The notes below the pieces were generated by a model. The model saw only the letters and a list, made by a program, of their open reading frames with translations. It did not search any database and had not been told where the DNA came from. A stretch of 12,728 bases of DNA from Chlamydiota bacterium (lineage in GTDB: Bacteria > Chlamydiota > Chlamydiia > Chlamydiales > SM23-39), in the NCBI GenBank assembly GCA_050049995.1, contig JASFVE010000055.1:1-12728 (forward strand), written 5' to 3'. Made by a program: the position numbers and the translations under genes. Of this stretch, positions 8,196 to 12,728 are shown in pieces. The stretch's first letter is position 1. Every line of letters starts with the position of its first letter.

Positions 8196-8279
8196 TAGAC
8201 TATATATGCTTTTTTATTGATCTATAATTAAATTTCCTAAAAAGGACAATTAAATCATGAAACATACAAAGAAAAGCAG

Positions 8280-8313
8280 AGTAAAGAATGGTCCCTTCTA
8301 GAAGGAAGGGACC
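8280..8313 (-). terminator. Intrinsic terminator downstream of the orphan pair
   Basis: Perfect 9-bp stem GGTCCCTTC (8290-8298) / GAAGGGACC (8305-8313), 6-nt loop, followed on the minus strand by ATTCTTT; begins 7 nt after the stop at 8321. Confidence 0.7.
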
Positions 8314-8320
8314 TCTGATT

Positions 8321-8773
8321 TTATTTATTCCAGTTAAAAAATTCAGTGACTGCACTAACTCCAGAGTCGATATATGAACTTGCTTGCTTCTCCGCCTTAC
8401 CCGCCATGAGGTTCACAAGCCAACCTGTACCCCAGTAAGCTTTCTCTTTTTCTTTACTAACTCGGGATGATACTATGTGTTTGAAAAAGCCTCCCACTGT
8501 TTGCGTTGCGCTGGATCCCAGACCGCCAATTTTTCCAATAGAAGAAGTAAGTTCAAATGTTTCTATTACGGTTGTTATACCGGATGCAGCAACCTCAACA
8601 ATTCTCCAAGGAAGAGATTCCTCTTCCTCACATTCTGCGCGCTCTTTATTAAGCCATCTAACTAAGCCAGGAGGCAAAATTTCAGACTCATTATTTACAT
8701 CCCACCATTTACCGTCATAAAAAACTTCAGATGCTCTTATTTTATAACCACCAGGTACATTAATAGCTGCCAT
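8321..8773 (-). CDS. Hypothetical protein (150 aa), Gly/Ser- and Trp-containing, amphipathic segments
   Basis: Strong AGGAGGT SD inside the upstream ORF, TAATG stop-start overlap, terminator downstream. Confidence 0.8.
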   Translation of the reverse strand: MAAINVPGGYKIRASEVFYDGKWWDVNNESEILPPGLVRWLNKERAECEEEESLPWRIVEVAASGITTVIETFELTSSIGKIGGLGSSATQTVGGFFKHIVSSRVSKEKEKAYWGTGWLVNLMAGKAEKQASSYIDSGVSAVTEFFNWNK

Positions 8774-9132
8774 TAATTACCTCCTCCTAAATTTTTTGCC
8801 ACATAAGCTACGGTTGCTGCTACAGCAGAGGTAGCCACAATAGTATCTCGTGTAACTGCAGATGAAGCTTTTCTGTCAGCGCTTTCTGCCGTTGCCTGAT
8901 CTGCCTTCATTTGCACTACAGATGCTTGAGTTGAAATTAAAGAACTATATACTTTAGCTGCTGCCCCTCCTGCTACAAGACCTACTGCAGGTCCAGCTGC
9001 AGCTCCAACTAAAGCTGCTGCTGCAACAGTTGTCACACATAGTTCACTTTTAGGATGGCTAGAAACTATTCCACCAGCATTAGGAACTTCAGTTTTTTTG
9101 TCTCCACTAAACCAACTAATAATACCACTCAT
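8773..9132 (-). CDS. Hypothetical Ala/Gly-rich protein with glycine-zipper-like hydrophobic hairpin (119 aa)
   Basis: VAAAALVGAAAGPAVGLVAGGAAA and C-terminal TIVATSAVAATVAYVA hydrophobic stretches; AGGT upstream of the ATG; coupled to the downstream ORF. Confidence 0.8.
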   Translation of the reverse strand: MSGIISWFSGDKKTEVPNAGGIVSSHPKSELCVTTVAAAALVGAAAGPAVGLVAGGAAAKVYSSLISTQASVVQMKADQATAESADRKASSAVTRDTIVATSAVAATVAYVAKNLGGGN

Positions 9133-9286
9133 ATATTTACCTGTTATTTTAATTTTTTAATACAAGGAGCGAAATGCTACAACTTGTCTAAATTTTTTTA
9201 CCACATGTTTTCTCAAAAAATTTATTAGTTGCAGAGAAAAAAGCGTTTTTACATTCTCTCGATTTAAGACTTCATTGCTAAAAATT

Positions 9287-10711
9287 ATGCAAAACAAACG
9301 ATTTTTAAATGTTTTTGTCTTAGCCATGTTGAATATGGCTATCATGTCTAGCCTTAGGAATTTAACAATAGTTGCAGAGTATGGCTTTGCCTCCATTTTT
9401 CTCTATGGAGTTGCGGCTCTATTGTTTCTTTTTCCAGCCGCTCTTGTTTCAGCAGAACTTGCTACCGGATGGTCTAAAATTGGTGGAATCTATATTTGGG
9501 TAAGGGAGGCGTTTGGGCCTAGATGGGGCTTTTTTGCTATTTGGATGCAGTGGGTACATAATGTAACTTGGTATCCTGCTATTTTATCTTTCGTAGCTAT
9601 TATGATTGCTTATATTTTTAACCCCACACTAGCTGGCAGCAAGGCTTTTATCTTAAGTGTCATTTTAATCGGATTTTGGTTAATGACCTTTTTTAATTTT
9701 TTAGGACTTAAATCCTCTAGTATACTAAGTACTTTCGGGGTTATTATCGGGACAATTCTACCTGGTATTTTTATTATTGTTTTAGGAGCTCATTGGATAA
9801 TCGATCAAAATCCGATTCAAATCTCTTTTTCTTACAAATCCTTTTTTCCGGATTTCACTAATGTTTATAACCTTGTATTTTTAGCGGGCATGTTTTTAGC
9901 TTTTGGAGGACTTGAGGTATCAGCAGTTCACGCAAATGAAGTAAAAAATCCTCAAAAAAATTACCCCAGAGCTATATTGCTATCAGCAGTTTTGACATTT
10001 TTTCTATTTATTTTTGGCTCTTTATCAATAGCTGCGGTGATTCCCCATGAAAAGTTAAATCTGCTTAAGGGAGTCATGAACGCTTTTGAGTTTTTCTTAC
10101 AACAGTATAATTTAAGATTTTTGATTCCTGTTATTGCCAGTTTTATCATCGTAGGGGGCATAGCAGAACTAAATACCTGGATTATTGGACCTGTAAGAGG
10201 GTTATATGCAACGTCAAAACATGGCGATCTTCCCCCTTTTTTCCAAAAGCTCAATAAAAATAAGGTTCCAACTCGGCTGCTCTTATTTCAAAGTGTTATT
10301 GTTTCTTTAGCTTCTTTGGTATTTTTAATGATGCCTACGGCCAGTGATTCCTTTTGGATTTTAAGCGCTTTAACAGCAGAGCTTTACTTAATTATGTATG
10401 GATTTATGTTTGCGGCGGCCATCAAATTAAGATATAGTCACCCTCATGTAGAAAGAGCATATAAGATCCCTTACGCCCACAAAGGAATGTGGTTTGTAGC
10501 GGGCTTAGGCTTTATAACTTCGGTTTTAGCATTTTTTATTAGTTTTATACCTCCGGGACAGCTTAAGATTACTAACATCTTTTCCTATGAGCTATTCCTT
10601 ATAGGCGGTGTTGTCATTATGACGGCAATCCCTTTAATTATTTATCAGCTAAAAAAACCTGCTTGGTATTCTTATAATCAAGACATTTTAAAGGAAAACA
10701 GAAAGGATTAA
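9287..10711 (+). CDS. APC-superfamily amino acid permease (GadC/XasA-like)
   Basis: About 12 TM helices; SLRNL, FLFPAALVSAELAT, GGIYIWVREAFGPRWGF, FGGLEVSAVHANEVKNPQKNYP, GDLPPFF.K.NK..VP. The ATG at 9287 is preferred over the TTG at 9275. Confidence 0.92.
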   Translation: MQNKRFLNVFVLAMLNMAIMSSLRNLTIVAEYGFASIFLYGVAALLFLFPAALVSAELATGWSKIGGIYIWVREAFGPRWGFFAIWMQWVHNVTWYPAILSFVAIMIAYIFNPTLAGSKAFILSVILIGFWLMTFFNFLGLKSSSILSTFGVIIGTILPGIFIIVLGAHWIIDQNPIQISFSYKSFFPDFTNVYNLVFLAGMFLAFGGLEVSAVHANEVKNPQKNYPRAILLSAVLTFFLFIFGSLSIAAVIPHEKLNLLKGVMNAFEFFLQQYNLRFLIPVIASFIIVGGIAELNTWIIGPVRGLYATSKHGDLPPFFQKLNKNKVPTRLLLFQSVIVSLASLVFLMMPTASDSFWILSALTAELYLIMYGFMFAAAIKLRYSHPHVERAYKIPYAHKGMWFVAGLGFITSVLAFFISFIPPGQLKITNIFSYELFLIGGVVIMTAIPLIIYQLKKPAWYSYNQDILKENRKD

Positions 10712-10712
10712 C

Positions 10713-11318
10713 ATGCATCAGAATGAAATTACTAAAGAAGTTCAAGATCATAGAAAAAGCACCTATTCTATACACCCTATTATACTAAATAGATGGTCTC
10801 CTAGAGCGATGACAGGAGAATCTTTAAGTGATGAGGAATTATTTCCCCTTTTTGAAGCAGCAAGATGGGCTCCTTCTTCTTACAACAATCAACATTGGCG
10901 ATTTCTTTATGCTCATAGAGATACTAGTGAATTTGATCTTTTTTTTAACTTATTAGTCGATGCTAATAAACAATGGGCCAAAAATGCTTCCGTTTTATTA
11001 GTTATAATTTCTTATAATCTTTTCGATAGAAATCAAAAGCCCGCTCCTACTCATAGTTTTGATACGGGAGCTGCCTGGCAAAATTTAGCGCTAGAGGGGT
11101 CTGCCCGAGGGCTAGTAGTGCATGGCATGCAAGGATTTGACTATGAGAAAGCTAAGAAAGTCTTAGAAATCCCAGATGATTATACAGTAGAGGCTATGGC
11201 AGCCATTGGGAAAAAAGCATCTAAAGAAGTTCTTGCCCCTGAACTTGCTGAAAAAGAAAAACCCAACAGCCGTAAAGACTTAAAGGAAATAATTATCAAA
11301 GGGAAATTCAAAAAATAG
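10713..11318 (+). CDS. Nitroreductase family protein (FMN-dependent oxidoreductase)
   Basis: RWSPRAM, EAARWAPSSYNNQHWRF, DTGAAWQNLAL, HGMQGFD; starts 1 nt after the permease stop. Confidence 0.93.
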   Translation: MHQNEITKEVQDHRKSTYSIHPIILNRWSPRAMTGESLSDEELFPLFEAARWAPSSYNNQHWRFLYAHRDTSEFDLFFNLLVDANKQWAKNASVLLVIISYNLFDRNQKPAPTHSFDTGAAWQNLALEGSARGLVVHGMQGFDYEKAKKVLEIPDDYTVEAMAAIGKKASKEVLAPELAEKEKPNSRKDLKEIIIKGKFKK

Positions 11319-11348
11319 AAAACCGAGTGGGCCTAGCGGCCTCACTCG
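11312..11348 (-). terminator. Intrinsic terminator between the convergent nitroreductase and histone-like genes (U-tract on the minus strand)
   Basis: Stem CGAGTG-GGCC (11324-11333) / GGCC-T-CACTCG (11338-11348), 4-nt loop; the minus strand continues GTTTTCTATTTTTT. Confidence 0.75.
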
Positions 11349-11375
11349 ATCCACAAAAAGTTCGAAAAATAGAAA

Positions 11376-11798
11376 TTAAGCTAGTACAAGCTCTTCCATT
11401 TTTTTAGACTTTCTTTTTCTTCTAGTAGCTGGCTTTTTAGTAGCTGCTTTTTTTCTAGTAGATTTTCTTTTAGTAGCTTTTTTTGCAGGCTTTTTAGTAG
11501 CTGCTTTTTTTCTAGTAGTCTTTCTTCTAGTAGTTTTCTTTGCAGTTTTTTTAGCTGCTTTTTTTCTAGTAGTCTTTCTTCTAGTAGCTTTTTTTGCAGG
11601 CTTTTTAGCTGCTTTTTTTCTAGTAGATTTTCTTTTAGTAGCTTTTTTTGCAGTTTTTTTAGCTGCTTTTTTTCTAGTAGTTTTTCTTCTAGTAGTTTTC
11701 TTTGCAGGCTTTTTAGTAGCTGCTTTTCTTCTAGTAGTTTTTCTTGTTGATTTACGAGCTGCTGTTTTAGCAGTCGACTTTCTTTTTCTTTTCAACAT
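11376..11798 (-). CDS. hctB: Histone H1-like DNA-condensing protein, Hc2/HctB-like
   Basis: Almost entirely K/R/A/T/P/S repeats; N-terminus MLKRKRKSTAKTAARK resembles the chlamydial Hc2 start (ML...KKRST.KTAARK); AAGGAGG SD upstream. Orthology is inferred from composition and N-terminus. Confidence 0.75.
   Translation of the reverse strand: MLKRKRKSTAKTAARKSTRKTTRRKAATKKPAKKTTRRKTTRKKAAKKTAKKATKRKSTRKKAAKKPAKKATRRKTTRKKAAKKTAKKTTRRKTTRKKAATKKPAKKATKRKSTRKKAATKKPATRRKRKSKKMEELVLA
11427..11726 (-). repeat. Coding tandem repeat: five 54/57-bp units plus a partial sixth
   Basis: Units KAA(T)KK[PT]AKK[AT]T[RK]RK[TS]TRK of 19, 18, 18, 18 and 19 aa (residues 25-116), then KAATKKPA. Confidence 0.9.
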
Positions 11799-11879
11799 TT
11801 TTTTCTTCCTCCTTGTTTATTCCTACCAAAAAGGATTTCACCTTTAGGGTCTGAAATTCACATCTGCCTTACTCTTTTA

Positions 11880-11908
11880 AATATACAATTTTTATTTTAA
11901 AAAAACAA
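11880..11908 (-). promoter_or_regulatory. Candidate sigma70/sigma66-type promoter of the histone-like gene
   Basis: TTGTTT (11908-11903) - 17 nt - TATATT (11885-11880) on the minus strand. The region is very AT-rich, so a chance match is possible. Confidence 0.35.
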
Positions 11909-12067
11909 ATTTATATTAAAAAAAATATTTACAAAGTTAAAATTAAAATGTTACTATCGCTTCTACGTAGTACTGTGAGCTGTATTTTTTTATTTGAAAA
12001 AAAATTTATTTTTTTTAGAAATTTTTGATTTTATTAATAAAAAAGTGAAAGGTATTAACTTATTTTG

Positions 12068-12093
12068 AGAAATAAAGGGCTCTTTTTGAGCCC
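12068..12093 (-). terminator. Intrinsic terminator of the DUF378 gene
   Basis: GGGCTC (12077-12082) / GAGCCC (12088-12093) stem, 5-nt loop, minus-strand tail TTTATTT. Confidence 0.7.
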
Positions 12094-12106
12094 AAAAATA
12101 TGTTGA

Positions 12107-12316
12107 TTATCTTTTTAGAGCCCATCTTGCTTTAATAGATTTCCAAGAAATAGCAATATAAACAGCGCTGACACCAACAAAAAAGTAAACAACCCTATCA
12201 ATCCAGACTCTGCCAAATATGTAGTCTACAACATTAAAATCAAAAACACCCCATAGACCCCAATTAAGGCCACCGATCACAAGAAGGATCATTGCTATCA
12301 TGTCGAGTTTTTTCAT
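12107..12316 (-). CDS. DUF378 family small membrane protein
   Basis: IA.ILLVIGGLNWGL.G.F.FN.V..IFG....R.VY..VG.SA.Y signature; GAGG SD. Confidence 0.9.
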   Translation of the reverse strand: MKKLDMIAMILLVIGGLNWGLWGVFDFNVVDYIFGRVWIDRVVYFFVGVSAVYIAISWKSIKARWALKR

Positions 12317-12462
12317 GTTTTCCTCTAATTTATGGATTTACCTTACAATTAAGGTCTTGTGTCAAAAATTTATTTTAGATGCAAGCCTTTTCTAATAAAG
12401 AAGGTAGAAAAAATAGGCCTAAAAGAGCTACAAAAGAAGACAATTTATAAAAAGGTGTCTTA

Positions 12463-12705
12463 ATGAAATTAGAATTATATATAAGGAAAAGCTGTCCATA
12501 TTGCCAAAAAGTACTTGAACACTTAAGTAAACTGGGAAAACAAGTCCCCCTAAAAGAAATCGATAAAGATGAAAGCTCTAGAAAACGACTTATAGAAGTT
12601 GGAGGAAAACAACAGGTCCCCTGCCTATTTATAGACAACAAGCCTCTTTATGAATCAGAAGATATTAAAGAGTGGCTTTCTAATAATGTGAAGGAGATTC
12701 CCTGA
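12463..12705 (+). CDS. Glutaredoxin family protein (CPYC dithiol)
   Basis: LELY...CPYCQKV, GGK.QVPCLFID, LYES.DI; AAGGT upstream. Confidence 0.92.
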   Translation: MKLELYIRKSCPYCQKVLEHLSKLGKQVPLKEIDKDESSRKRLIEVGGKQQVPCLFIDNKPLYESEDIKEWLSNNVKEIP

Positions 12706-12728
12706 AAAGCACAACTTATTTATGAATT

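Noticed and set aside
8475..8720. Two plus-strand ORFs (81 and 62 aa)
   Set aside because: Antisense to the 150-aa ORF, which has a strong SD, start-stop coupling and a terminator.
9157..9396. 79-aa minus-strand ORF
   Set aside because: Overlaps the permease start on the opposite strand and spans the divergent intergenic region; no motif.
9961..10254. 97-aa minus-strand ORF
   Set aside because: Antisense shadow of the permease.
9287..10711. Calling the permease gadC in a glutamate acid-resistance system
   Set aside because: No decarboxylase is adjacent and substrate cannot be assigned from motifs by eye.
11427..11726. Repeats as a CRISPR array or non-coding satellite
   Set aside because: No unique spacers; unit lengths are multiples of 3 and keep an open Lys/Arg-rich frame with SD and terminator.
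754..11798. Histone-like protein as an acetylation substrate of the GNAT fusion
   Set aside because: The genes are about 8 kb apart in separate units and the GNAT appears to lack its catalytic Glu; no sequence support.
11799..12067. Sigma28 promoter (as known for Chlamydia hctB), sRNA gene or replication origin in the AT-rich gap
   Set aside because: TAAAGG (11846-11841) and GCGATAG (11960-11954) on the minus strand each lack a correctly spaced partner; no DnaA-box cluster or stable terminated RNA structure is visible.
12375..12641. 88-aa minus-strand ORF
   Set aside because: Antisense to the glutaredoxin.

Overview
AT-rich, gene-dense bacterial chromosomal window. The gene set (Hc2/HctB-like histone H1-like protein, XasA/GadC-like APC permease, TMEM14 protein, stand-alone SH2-like protein) points by inference to an environmental member of the Chlamydiota. 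Contents in order: a 5'-truncated DUF6790-like membrane protein and a His-rich orphan (+); a minus-strand run sua5 - RDD protein - orphan - ADP-forming acyl-CoA synthetase/GNAT fusion; a plus-strand gloB - tspO-like - TMEM14 operon; a minus-strand SH2-like gene coupled to a signal-peptide-bearing Fe/Mn SOD; two translationally coupled orphans with their own terminator; an APC permease and nitroreductase (+); the histone-like gene and DUF378 (-); and a CPYC glutaredoxin (+). No rRNA, tRNA, CRISPR array or mobile element was seen. Most notable: (1) a eukaryote-like SH2 domain gene whose stop codon runs into the RBS of an apparently exported SOD; (2) adjacent TSPO and TMEM14 homologues; (3) a Pat-like fusion that keeps both synthetase phospho-His residues but has Arg at the GNAT catalytic Glu position, with its SD buried in a long hairpin. 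All family calls come from motif recognition by eye, not from database searches.
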